Part shown: in pieces, positions 1 through 12,760 of the stretch | How the letters are laid out: each line of letters starts with the position of its first letter | Position numbering within the stretch: position 1 is the stretch's first letter | Source of the DNA: Epiperipatus broadwayi | Lineage: Eukaryota > Animalia > Onychophora | Direction: 5' to 3' | Length of the DNA stretch: 64,000 nucleotides | Assembly (NCBI GenBank): GCA_028023455.1 | Contig: JAQFVV010000010.1 | Coordinates: 8,742,001 to 8,806,000 of the forward strand | Translations under genes and position numbers: made by a program | The notes under the pieces: generated by a model | What the model was told of the DNA's origin: nothing | The model's database searches: none | The model's input: only the letters and a program-made list of their open reading frames with translations

Positions 1-1135
1 CCTTTTATCAGTTTTATATAAAATTTTACCAAGATAATTACAACCGCTACAGAGAACCTGGATTTTCACCAACCAAGAGAACAAGCTGGATTTAAAAGTG
101 GTTTTAGTACAGTAGATCATATTCAAGTATTGAGAGAAGTTATAGAAAGGACAAAGAATAGGTTGTCATAGTTTGGATTTGTAGATTATGAAAAGGCATT
201 TGATTCTATAAACATTTCTTCAGTGATTAAAGCATTGGATCATCAAGGTATAGATCCAGGATATTGTCATATTTTAAAGATATTTATAAAAATGCAACAG
301 CAACAATTAGATTACATAATGATACTGGGAAAGTCAACATTGAGAAAGGTGTAAGACAAGGTGAAATCTCCAAAACTTTACACAGGCCAAAGATTTTGTG
401 GATTAAAAGGGAAACTAAAGGAGGAAAGTAAATGGAGATTATTTAAGTCATTTAGATTTCAAGGAGAGTTGTTTTTGCAAATAGCTTCCGAGTGCGAAAG
501 TTGCAGGAGTTATCAGATGAAAGTAGGAAAGTAGGACTAAAGATAAATGTTAAAAAGACTAAAGTAATGTTTAATCGATTTGCTCAAAATATGAAAATAA
601 AGATTGATTATGATGAATTAGAAGAAGTTAAGAGTTACAAATACCTTGGTCAGATTATTAATATAGATGGAAACATAATAGAGGAAATTAATCAGAATTA
701 AACTTGGTTGGAGTGCTTTTGGTAGAAATAACTTGATATTAAAAGGAAAAGCCTATGTGTTTGAAAAGAAAGGTTTTTAACAAAGTGTTTTACAGTTCTT
801 ACTTAGGACTGAGACTTGGACACTTAATAGAGACAAACAGAGATCAGACCACTCAAAGAGATGGGGATGTATGTTGGGAGTAACAAGAAGAGAAGCAAGT
901 AGGGTAAGAGAACAAACGGTGTTATGACTTCATGAAAAATTAAAAGTGAAGTGGGTTGGGCTGGACATTGCTAGAAGAGAGAAAAGAGGACAAGAAATTT
1001 AAACGGTCAGAAATTGTAAAAGACCCGAAGGAGACACGAAGAGGATGGATGAAAAAGAAAAGTGTAGGGGGATGTGGAGAGGCAAAGACGGAGAAGGGAA
1101 ATGGGAGCGGGATGAAGGGAAGGAGGATGGTTTAT
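1..1135 (+). mobile_element. Decayed RTE-clade LINE, RT domain to 3' end (5' part outside window)
   Basis: Broken frames give QPREQAGFKSGFSTVDHIQVLREVIER, FVDYEKAFDSI and the ORF-track ESRKVGLKINVKKTKVM...YKYLGQII, typical RTE reverse-transcriptase motifs; many frameshifts. Confidence 0.9.
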
Positions 1136-4100
1136 TCCCCCTTTTAATAATTAAATCTAAAAACATTTCACATTAAGAGATAAAAAAATTAACTAGTTAA
1201 AATCTTACCCTTTTTATGAAAATAGGAAGGTCCTATATCTTTTTTACAAATTTTGGCAGGAAAGTACAATAAATAAATAAAAACATTTTAACAAAATAAA
1301 ACTTAAATGAAAATTATTTTTTACTAATAATTATAACTAATATTTAAAAAAAATCATTTGTAAAGGTAGTCATATGAATAAAAATATGTAAATGAAGATA
1401 TGCATATTAACTATAATTTATATTACCATAGTTTTATGCTTTTATTCTTTCTTTTGTAATTATAATTTTCACTTTCTTTCCTGTTAGTTTTCATTCTTTC
1501 TTTTTCAAATATTCCCTTTAAAATTAGAATAATTTTCAGGATGGTTGTCATAAGTTGAATTTATTCATGATTTTTTATTGTAGCTTCATGTTTTCAGTTG
1601 ATGCTTATATTAATTTCCAAATGAACACAAATTTCTTGGGTAGGTAAACAAAGTTAAAATTATCTATTTTAGAATATAATAATTTTTAGGTTAACGTAGG
1701 GTAAAATTATCTATTTTCCATTATAGTAATTTTCAGATCAGATTAACACAAGTTGAGATAATCATGCTTTTGGATGGAACATAGGAATTGTTGCAGACTT
1801 CTTACAGGAATATTTTTTTATATTGTTTTAGTGAATATGATACATGGTTAAGCTTGGCAATGCACAGTTTTTAGTTAAAGTTTAGCACATTGTTTTCTTC
1901 AAATCCATTTCAAAAATAGTAGTGAGATTAGTTTTATTTCAGTCTACAATATTACTTATCAGTTCTCATCACATCTGAACTGTTATTTTCTTTAATAGCT
2001 GAATCATGAATGACTTGCTGACTAGATTAGATACTGAAGTCTATTGCTTTCACCTGCCCCTTATTTTTTTGGAATAACCTGTTATCCATTCAATTATGTA
2101 TCACAGAAATGACATGATTAAACCCCGATCAAATGATTCTATTTTTACAAAAAGATTGTTTCCTCTCCTTTTTTAATCAATTAAAAAAAAATTCAGTCAT
2201 ACTCTACTTGATAAAAACATCTTTTGTAGTTATTTTTTCTTTTTAATTGCCAAAAAACAGAATAATCTTTCAATTATACATAGCATTTTTAATTTCTTTA
2301 AAAGGATAAAAAGAAAATTGTAAACTCCATAATTTAATAAAAATTTTAAAACCTGATTTTTTTAATTTTTTAAAAATAACTGATAAGCATTACTTAAAAA
2401 TTTAACTATTATCTTTCTTATTACATTTGTAAAAGTTAAAACACTAATAGATAAATTTACTGAAGAAAAATAGAAAAAAACACATTATTTTATTCTTTTT
2501 CTTATACTTTTCTCTCTTTTTTACAACTATCCTTAATAAATTATAAATATTCTTATTCTTACAATTTAAATTGTTTGGAACTTATCATATTATCAATCAA
2601 TACATTTTACTTTTTTAATGTCAATAACTGACATTCTGAAAAAAAAAAACATGCAAAGAAATATTTCTCAATATATATGTGCTTATTATATTTTCTTTGT
2701 GTGTAGTTGATTATTATTACTATTATAGTGGAGTGACAAATTACACTATATTTTGTTCCAAGACTCTTTGAATACAAATATATATAGCATATAGTAGCTC
2801 ACATTTGTTTATAAACATTGATTAGAAGTGTACAATATTTTCCACATACAAAATATATATTCTTTGTATATGTATAGTACATATAGATAAATTAAGATTA
2901 TAGTATAAATAAAATTTTAAAAAATCATGTAATTATTAATGATAAATTGAGAGAATATGAGTTCATTAATAAATTCTCCCTGAAGCAATAAGAAAAAAAA
3001 CCTAACCATATTTTTATTTTTAAAATAAATAGTAAAATGTCTGATTTTCATTGCTATTAAATACATTCTGGCAAATTTTTTTTTTTTTTTTCAATATTTT
3101 TTTCCTCTTGTAGAAACACAACAGACTAGGCTCTTTATCAATAAATTATGACCTTTAACAGTTTAACATTTTTAATTCAGTATTAATTTTATACATGTGC
3201 TAAAATTACTCTTGGAAAATATTTTGTTACATGAAAATTGCACATCAAATTCAGAAAGGATAATGAGGAATAAAATGTATGTTTTAATGTAAACAAAATA
3301 AATTTTATTAATGAACAATATTGTTTATAGTGTTCCAAGATGAAAAAAAATTCTATTGGCAATACTTTAAAATTTATTTATAAATGTTACTTTTTTTAAT
3401 GTAATAGTGTACAGAAGAAAAAGAAAAATGGCTGCTTGAGTATCATAAAATTTGCACACTTTAATTTTTTTTATTGTTAATTTATATTTTTCTTTGAAAA
3501 ATATATAAAAATAGGTTGGCAGTCTAAACTAATATAAATATAAAAAAACGTTTAGCTTAAAGAAATTAAAGATGATTATACGTTCTTACCATAGAAACAG
3601 CTTATTATAGACATTATGAACTACATGTTATATCTGTTTGAAGAGTTGAATACTGTCATAATAATTTAGTCAATTTTAATTTTAGACAAAGCATCAATAT
3701 TTTTGTTTATGCATTAAAATAAAATCTGAGAACATTAATATTTTATTAAAGTACATTTTATTTAAATTTATATTAAATATATTCATATGAATGATATGCT
3801 GTCTTTGTGAGCAATTACTTTATATTAGTACATATTTAGAAATAGATTTAAAGATAAGAATTTAACAACAATGAATTTTAATAATAATGGCAAAAATGAT
3901 GTGCATGCATTATTGTCTTAATTTCTTAAGTCCTTTACAAAGGAAAGCTTAGATAATGCTATCATATTTGGCATTTTAGGTACAGCAATGGCACTGCAAT
4001 CACTACTTTTCTACATTGTTTTAAAGCATTATATATTTTAAATTATAGTATGTGACAGGCTGCAGCAATTTTTTCTATGAAGCTTCCATTTTTAAGGTAT

Positions 4101-4169
4101 TAATTTTAATTAACCTATTTATTCAGTATGATGGATGTTTACTATAGTAAGTAGTGGGATTTGAGTTTA

Positions 4170-4440
4170 TAATTTTCAGTCTACTCATGATCACATGCAT
4201 ATGAAAAAGTTAAATAATCCCCAATATATGTATTTCATTCTAAAGCAGCATTCATCAGTTGGGCCAGATTATAATCTCTCATAAATATATACCTTAAGCC
4301 TAGCACTGATTATATATATATGAGAGATTATGATCTGGCTCAAATCCATATATTGAGGATAATTTATTTTTTTCACATGTATGTGGTCATATGTATTGGT
4401 TGTTTGAGATGAAGTGAAGGATGAATATAGACTGAAAATT
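4170..4440. mobile_element. F1 hammerhead repeat, divergent fold-back copy
   Basis: Left arm is antisense F1 with an intact hammerhead on the minus strand; right arm is sense F1 with the core deleted; outer ends aattttcagtcta / tagactgaaaatt are inverted. Confidence 0.8.
4220..4263 (-). ncRNA. Type I hammerhead ribozyme (F1), core intact
   Basis: Minus strand CCCAA-CTGATGA-ATGCT gcttt AGAAT-GAAA-TACATATA-TTGGG: stem I CCCAA/TTGGG, stem II with one mismatch, AUA cleavage triplet. Confidence 0.8.
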
Positions 4441-4702
4441 CTATGTATTAATTTTAAAAATTTCAAAAATTATCAGCAGTATATGGGACCTTTACAGACT
4501 TTTGTGTGTGATTGATGGCACATTCCATTGTTCTGACAAAGCTATGAAGGATGTAGTGATTTGTAAACGGCTGATGCTTTAGGATGTTTTACCCTGAGGC
4601 TAAGTGCCACAAAAAAAGTGAATTGCAGTAATTGTTAGTGATAATGATGCAATATTTTTGTGAAAGGCCAAAAACTATGTCACATGGGGAGATTGTCTAT
4701 GA

Positions 4703-4810
4703 AAACATTAGCTGAGATGTCAGTGCAGCTGCCTTGCAAGCAGGCAGTTGCTTGCAGACAGTTGTTGCAGGTTCGCTTCCCAGCTGATGCTTTGACATAT
4801 AGAAAAAAAA
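4703..4810 (+). mobile_element. tRNA-derived short SINE (TGC-loop subfamily)
   Basis: Homologous to 14031-14134; GCAGCTGCC/GGCAGTTGC stem, GGTTCGCTTCCC B-box-like motif, TTTGACATATAG-polyA tail; no clear TSD. Confidence 0.7.
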
Positions 4811-5589
4811 GACCATTCTTAAAAAGTATAGACACTATGTTACGAGAACTGGAAATTGGCATAGATTACAAGCTAAAATCATTTTTGTAAAAACTGTAAG
4901 TGAAATATTTTAATAACAATTATCTTTGATGATAACTAATTCTAAATATAATATTTTTAATAATATAAATGTCTAATATCTAATATTTTGTTTTTCTAAC
5001 TTTTTGAATGATTATCATTGAAGCCAATATTAATGTGTTCATTTGTTATCAATAAGATTTTCAGTTAGATACTTGTTTTCACAATTTTAAAATATTAGAA
5101 GGCTTAAATATTTATAATATAACATATAAACTAATTATATAATGTACATAAAAAAGATCTAATTGCACAAAAGAAAAATCAAACATAGAGTCATATTAAA
5201 AATAACAGTTGCTAAAATCTATTCAAATATTTGCCAGGCAGGGTTGACAGTGATGTAACTAAAGGCTGACTTTATTTTAAATATATTATATATATGGGTT
5301 ACAGATAAAAAATATATCCTTTGCAGATTCATCCATGCATTATTTTTATAATTAATATGCTGTTTTATATTGGTTACACAAGTCATTACTGGGTGATAAA
5401 TAGAATATTTTATAGATGGTTGTAGAGGTGCTGTGAACATTAAATAATAAAGTTCAACCAATAGAAATATATATATAAAATTGCAAAATTAAAAATCAGA
5501 AAATGTTGAGAGAAATAGGTTTTTTAGTATCTCAATGGCTTCTCTGATCTTATAATGGCAGACAGTGTCACATCTGAATAGGTTCCTGG

Positions 5590-5799
5590 TATTAAAAAAA
5601 ATCACTTCGTACTATGAATTCAGATCACAATATTGATTTCTTTAATATCAGGATCTTATCTAGATGTGACACTCTCTACCAATGTAAGATCAGAAAAGTC
5701 ATTAAGATACTAAAAAGACCAAATTGTATTAATAAACATAATGGCATATTCAAACTTACTCATACTTTGAAGATTTTTTTTAAAAACATATTACTCTAA
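5590..5799 (+). mobile_element. Penelope-like element fragment, C-terminal end of GIY-YIG endonuclease region
   Basis: ORF 5614-5799 HNIDFFNIRILSRCDTLYQCKIRKVIKILKRPNCINKHNG resembles the PLE ORF C-terminus pattern H.ID....IL........R.I.E.I.I......N...G (recognised from memory, not searched). Confidence 0.6.
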
Positions 5800-8700
5800 A
5801 AATTTTCTGACTTATTTTTGCAATTTTATATATCAATAAAATTATTTTATTTTATTTATTAAATTTATCTTCTTATATTTGTTTTATAGTTAAGATTATA
5901 AAATGTAATTATCATGTAGAATACAGTAAATTGGTTGCCATGCACATATATTAAAACTCTGAGATGTTTTATTACAGATATTAGGTCTTGAGTGGTAATG
6001 CATAATGTTGCAAACTATTTAATTTATCTAGGCACCCAAATGTATTTCATAACCATGTATATTAAACGTGCAAATATTTCAAAAAGATACATTCTAATAT
6101 TTACATAGACAATTTTAAATACTTATGGATATTTAGAAATACATAATAAAACATACATCTGATATGAAACTTATACTACTATTATTATTTAGACTAAATT
6201 CAAATTCAGACATTATGGATATAATAAATATTTAATTAGATTAAATGCAGTATGGTCATAACAAAATGTACTCTTTGCTCCAATATCAATATCTGCATTT
6301 TTCATACATGTTTCATACTTCCTCCTCCCACTCTGAACTATTATTAACTCTACATAACATTACAATATGTTTACATTTTTTGGAATAGCATATAAGTGAA
6401 GTTGTTTATTAGATACAACATTTGGACAATCACTCACAATTGTCTAGGTTGTAAAAGTAACCAACAGGTATTGCTAGAAAAGCTAGTAATAGAAAATAAT
6501 CTAGTTTCTGTTACTAATGACTGGTCAAGAATCTCATACAGATGAAAAACAAAAATTGTTTATATTTTATGTCTAGGAGAATTTTTATTTTAAAATATAT
6601 TTATTTATGTGAAAAGATGATTTTTTACTTTAGGTAATTTATATTTTTAAAAGATTGAGATATAAAATCTAAAAAAAATTATAAACATATTACAAAATTG
6701 TATATTATAAAAAAATAAACAATATGTTGAAATTTTAGCCCAGAAGAAGATAACTAGCCAATTAAGATGTTGGAAAAAGAAAATTAAAACAATAATTAAG
6801 ACATTAAAACTACATGTCACACTACTAAATGTTAACATATATATATATAACTTCATTTAGAACATGAATAAATTGTATGAAAAAAACTTGTGATTTAATG
6901 AAAAATACATTAACTTGCTATAGTAGATAAAAATTTTGAAATAACTTAGGTTTATTTTTAGGTATCCAATCCACAATCACCTTAATTAATCATTCTATTA
7001 TTTGGTAAATTCTTAAACTATTTTGAGCAAAAAGTAATGTTATCAATGTTTAGCTACAATGAGTCATTTATCTCTCAACAGTAACTTTTTAAACAGAAAT
7101 TGATAAAGTAGAATTCAATGCAAAATAAAATAGTAAAAGTTTTAGTTGGTCAAATATTCATAAACCACAAACTATCATGTTTAATTGATTAAAAAATACT
7201 AAAAAAAAACATCACATAGCTTCATGGAAACTGATTAAATAATAAGCATTTTCTACTATCTAAATCTCTGTCACATAAAAGAAACTCAAGGTAATATAAA
7301 AATATTATGTCCATTTCTATGAATATAAGACTAACAATATTAAATAAAATATTTTAAAATTTAATACTATATTGTCAAATAATATACTATAATTAGCAAT
7401 AACAATTAAAGTAATACTTTGAATAAACTTTAAATAGAATAAAACTCTTAATACATCCTTATAATAATATACAATAATAAATTTAAAATGTAAAAATTAT
7501 TAGTTAATAAATTCATAAAGAATTAAAGTATTTTTGATTATATAACCATAATCATTATTAACATAATTAAATTGGAAATAATATGATAATGCAAGCATGA
7601 TGTAATTTTACATTTGCTTACATAAAAAGTTTGGGATCTCGTATCATATTTGTTTTAGTTATAATTTGTTGATAATTTATTATGATTATGAAATCAAAAT
7701 TTCCTCTTGTATGTTTTATTAATTTATTGATTAATATTTTAGTATTTTTTAAAATTTACTACATGAAATTATTTATTAAATTTTGTTACATTTATATATA
7801 ATTCTTTTAGAGAATGATCTATTAATATATATATTGTTGGTCATGAGGATGACACTCAGATCACTGGAGTATTTATAAAGTTTTATGTGCATCCAAACGT
7901 CTATATAGCTTAGATAGCAAAGAGTATTTTATTGTAGCTAACTGCATTTTTAAAAAAATATTAAATAACTCAAATATTAACAATAGATGGATTTAATTAC
8001 ACATTAGATAAAATAAATACTTAAACTTATCTAAATTATTATATAAATATCTAAACTATAAGTGTATATTTATTTGTATAACAGCGAGTTAGTTAAATAT
8101 GATGGCTAAATAATTATATTCTTCTCATTTAAATTCCGTAAATTATAAAAGAAAGTACCCTATAAAATATCATTGGGGGGGGGGTGTTTTTTAAAAAATA
8201 ATATATATATTTAAGCATATTCATATTTGTAATATAATCTCTGCAGATAATGGTTAGCCATGTAACGTTATTAAAATAAAATACGAAGTCAAATTAATTA
8301 ATAAACAAAATCAAATTTTATTTACATTAACAAAAACAAATGAATATAATGTCATTTATTTATAATAATAATATTTATTATCAGTTCCATTAAATAATGT
8401 CAGCTTTAAAAGTACGAAACTGAACTTTAAATTAAATATACATCTTTGCATCTAGTTTGATTTTTTATGGTATTAATAACCCCTCAGTTTTTACTAGTAA
8501 TAAAGAATGTTAAAATATTAATCAATAAATCTGGAAGTAGAATGCTTTTTGATGCCTTCCTATATTTTTATAATAACTTATTAAAAAATAATGGGAAATA
8601 AAATCAAACCTATATTTATATTGATTAACTAAATATATATAAAGACATGCAGAGAAAAATAATATTTATGTATATTTTTTGTAAAATGTACTGATTTATC

Positions 8701-9282
8701 ATAATTTGGGATTTAAAATTTTCGCAGAACAATAAAATATTTTTTATTTTAAAGTTCTTCGTATTAATACGAATGTTTTCTTTGGCTTTAATTACTTATA
8801 AATACAATTATATTTCAATTTCCTTTTCAATAAATTGACGTTATATTTAAATTATTGTAAATTTTGTATGTCTTATAGCGAATAGACTAACTAAACTACA
8901 CACTCTTTCTGCTTAATCTAATAGTGCTTATTGATCTAATAGTGCTTACTACATTTTAAATTAACAAGTGACATAATATTTTTAGCATTAGATTGGTAAC
9001 CATATTTAAAAAATGAAATTATTTTAGCATCTGGTTCAATAGACTTATTACAAAAGTATAATAACATGTTACCACATATATAAAAATAAAAATATCATTC
9101 TATGTAACATAATTTAAACAGAAGTTTTAGTATCACTTGTAGCTATTTTTTATTATTAGATAACGTGAATTTAAAACAGCCAAAACTCACTATATGTATA
9201 CCACACACGGCAAGCTGGAGTAATCAATGGATGCCAGAAAGTTTGTGCATAAAATCCCCATCTAATGTCTACTCATCCAATA

Positions 9283-9324
9283 TCCCCAGACTAGTTTCTG
9301 GCTTATGACCTTCGTCAGTGAAGA
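9283..9324 (-). ncRNA. Minimal type I hammerhead ribozyme (F2), variant core
   Basis: TCTTCA-CTGACGA-A-GGT cataa GCC-A-GAAA-CTAG-TC-TGGGGA; 6-bp stem I (with G-U pairs), palindromic ACTAGT stem/loop III, GUC triplet. Confidence 0.8.
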
Positions 9325-10120
9325 GCCTTGGATCTGAGAGCATTGCATCTAGATCTTAGGATCTAAATGCAACCCTCCAGCAACCACCTTTTATCTCCAT
9401 TTAACTACAAAACTATGAGTCTTAAACCGAAAATACTTTAATGTTTCCAATTCAAGCCCATCAGCTTATGTAGTTATATAGGTCTGAACCCAGTTCAGTT
9501 CCCATACATTTTGGTGTCTTTGGTTCTTTAATAACCATAGCCACCAATATCCTATTAGGCAGGATTGGCTTTAAGCCAATAAACATCACATGACCACCAT
9601 CTCATGTTTGTGTATAACTTGTTAAAACAGGCAAAACTCACTATACATATGCCACACACAGCAAGCTAGAGTAATCAATGGATGTCAGAAGGCTTGTGCA
9701 TAAAATCCCCATCTAGTGCCTACTCATCCAATATCCCCAGATTAGTTTCTGGCTAAACTAGCATTGATTACTCTAGCTTGTTGTGTGTGGCATATGTATA
9801 GTGAGTTTTGCCTGTTTTAACAACAGTTATACACAAGCATAAGAGATGGTGGTCATGTGATGTTTATTGGCTTAAAACCAATCCTGCCTTAAAGAATATT
9901 GGTGGCTATGGTTATTAAAGAATGAAAGATACCAAAATGTATGGGAACTGAACTGGGTTCAGACCCATATAACTATATAAGCTGATGGGCTTGAATTCGA
10001 AACATTAAAGGGTTTTCAGTTTAAGACTCATAGTTTTGTAGTTAAATGGAGATAAAAGGTGGTTGCTAGAGGGTTGCATTAGATCCTAAGATCTAGATGC
10101 AGTGCTCTCAGATCGAAGGC

Positions 10121-10162
10121 TCCTCACTTATGAAGGCCACAAGCCAGAAACTAGTCTGGGGA
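10121..10162 (+). ncRNA. F2 hammerhead, mutated core copy (G5 to T)
   Basis: TCCTCA-CTTATGA-A-GGC cacaa GCC-A-GAAA-CTAG-TC-TGGGGA. Confidence 0.7.
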
Positions 10163-10674
10163 TATTGGTTGAGTAGGAACTAGATGGGGATTTATGCACA
10201 AGCCTTCTGGCATTCATTGATTACTCTAGCTTGCTGTGTGTGGCATATGTATAGTGAGTTTTGCCTGTTTTAACAAGTTATACACAAGCATAAGAGATGG
10301 TGATCAGGTGATGTTTATTAACGTGAATTTGTAAATAAACTCTGAATTATATCAAAAGACACTTTGGACATTAAGTAAAGCAATATCCAAAATAGATTCA
10401 TCAAATAAATGGCAATTTATTCATAAGTAAGGTTTGCATTTTTTAAAATAAAATATTAATCAAGTCATAAAAAGAATTAAATTTCTAAAATTGTATAAAA
10501 TAGTAAGAAGAATAGTTAATAATAAGAAAATATAACTGAATTGAAAAAGAAAGTTGTAAAAGAGAATAAAAATCTTAAAAATTTAAAAGTTAGGATCTTG
10601 ATATTGGAAGGAAGGTTGTTTTAGCAATAAGAAGATGAGATGGAACTATTAATAAAAATTTGGAATGGTTTGTC

Positions 10675-11690
10675 ATCATCATCATTATCAACCATCATCA
10701 ATTCACTGCAGGATGAAGGTTTCTCCAAGTTCAATCCATATTCTCTGATTTCTAGGCTCTCTTCTCCACATCACCCTGTACACTTTCTTATTTCATCCAT
10801 CCATCTCACATATGATCTTTTTTTGGATCTTTTACAATCTCTTGGGAATCCGGTTTAAGATTTCAATTGTTCATCTGTTATTATCTCTTCTAGCAATATG
10901 ACCAGTTCAACTCCACTTCAGTCTTTTAATTCTTTCAATAATGTCAGTAATATCTGTTTGAACTCTTACCCATGTATTGTGTTTTTGATTTCTTCTTGAT
11001 ACTGCTAGAATGTATCTCTCCATACTTCTTTGAGTGATCTGAAGTATCTGTATTGCTCTTCTATTATGTGTCCAAGTCTCAGATCCATAAGCAAGAATTG
11101 ATAAAACACATTTATTAAAAAACTTTCCTTTTCAAAGACATATTTCCTTTTAATATTAAGATATTTCTACCAAAACAACTCCAACTAAGTTTAATTTTAT
11201 GATGAATTTCATGCATTATGTTTCCATCTGTAGTAATAATCTGATCAAGATATTCATAGGAGTTAACTTCGTCTAACTCATCACAATCAATCTTTATTTT
11301 CATCTTTTGAGAAAATCCATTGAACATTAGTCTTTTTTATGTTTATATTTAGTCCTACGTTCTTACTTTCACCAGATAACTCTTGCAACATTTCCTGAAG
11401 CTCTAAAGCATTATTTGCAAAAACAACTACATTATATGCAAGATCTAAATGACTTAAATAATCTCAATTTTTATTTCTTTAGTTTCCCACCTTAATCCAC
11501 AAAATACTTCTTGCAGCATTTCTATACAAAATTTTGGAGATATGGAGTCATCCTGTCTTTTACCCTTCTCAATGTTAACTTTCCTAGTATAATTATATAA
11601 TTTAATTGTTGCTGTTGCATTTTTATATTTCCTCATACTATGACAATATTTTGGACCTCTGTCTTGATGATCCAATGATTTAGTCACAAC
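10675..11690 (-). mobile_element. 5'-truncated RTE-clade LINE
   Basis: Minus-strand ORFs ...KNATATIKL...KVNIEKGKRQDDSISPKF and MFNGFSQKMKIKIDCDELDEV; (TGA)n tail at the 10675 end. Confidence 0.9.
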
Positions 11691-11696
11691 TACTAC

Positions 11697-12070
11697 TATC
11701 CTATTAGGCAGGATTGGTTTTAAGACAATAAACATCACATTATCACTATTTCCTATGCTTGCTTATAACTGTTATTAAAACAGGCAAAACTCTCTATATG
11801 TATTGCCACTCATTGTAAGCCATAGTAATCAATGGACGTCAGAAGGCTTGTGCATAAAATGCCCATCTAGTGCCTACTCATCCAATATCCCCAGAATAAT
11901 TTCTGGCTTGTGGCCTTCATTAGTGAAAAGCCATGGATCTGAGAGCATTGCATCTAGATCTTAGGATTTAATGCAACCCACCAGCAGCCACCTTTTATCT
12001 CTACTTAACTACAAAACTGTGAGTCTTAAATTGAAAATGCTGTAATATTTTCAATCCAAGTTCATTAGCT
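11697..12070 (-). mobile_element. F2 repeat, about 0.8 monomer
   Basis: Colinear with 9548-9754 and 9290-9470; hammerhead remnant at 11888-11929 (CTAATGA core). Confidence 0.85.
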
Positions 12071-12074
12071 TACA

Positions 12075-12760
12075 TGTTCTGGACTGGCTATATCTACAGA
12101 TGCAAAACAGGTTTAGTTTTATGTGGTTGGATTGCCTGGGTAACATAGGCAAGGAACTAGAAACTTCCATGGTAGTGTGACAATTGTCTGTGAGGTCCAC
12201 ACTAGTATAAGATCAATGTATTATTTTTGATTTTTTAGTGTTGGATCTACTTTAGGTGACCAGGTTGTCCTGTGGATTGGGGAGGGTGTTGGTGTGGATG
12301 GAAGATATGTCAGGATTGCTTTCATAATTGTTACAATCCCACCATGCCTGCTTTTTGATGCAATTGAATAGATGAGTGTTCCAGAATGGGGGAGGGTGAC
12401 AGCTGTGTTAGTTTTGGTTACAATTGCTAAGTTGGAGTTTGTGGTAGATTGGTTATACTCTGGTTATATCTGTGTGTTAAAGGTAGAGGCTGAGTAAGGC
12501 TTTCAATGAAGTTTAAGGGTGAGATCCATCAGTAGAGGATTTTGATTTCCAGAGGGGACTGCTGGTACGTTGCTATTGTTGAGTTGGAGTTTGCAATAGA
12601 TTGGTCAGACTCTGGATAATGCCATGTTAGAGGTAGAGGCTGAATGAGATTTTTGATTTGATTTGTGTGAAATTCATAGTTAGAGGGTCCAGACATAGGA
12701 AAATGGTAAATCTGAATAGGTAGTTAAGCTTGGCATTGCTATTATAAGTGACTTATGTTT
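12075..12760 (-). mobile_element. Probable Tx1/L1-clade ORF1 remnant
   Basis: C-rich minus strand resembling the ORF1 region at 30023-31240; internal ~150-bp duplication (12425-12500 vs 12575-12650); appears to end near a C-x2-C knuckle start; heavily decayed. Confidence 0.4.

Larger units (their letters stand above)
9173..10318. mobile_element. F2 hammerhead retrozyme-like insertion: about 1.3 antisense units then about 1.2 sense units of a ~451-bp monomer
   Basis: aaaacag(g/c)caaaactc recurs at 9173 and 9624; right arm 9762-10318 is the reverse complement; 12-bp TSD taacgtgaattt at 9161-9172 and 10319-10330. Confidence 0.9.

Noticed and set aside
9173-10318. CRISPR-like or simple satellite array
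   Set aside because: No short repeat-spacer pattern; eukaryotic context; bounded by a TSD
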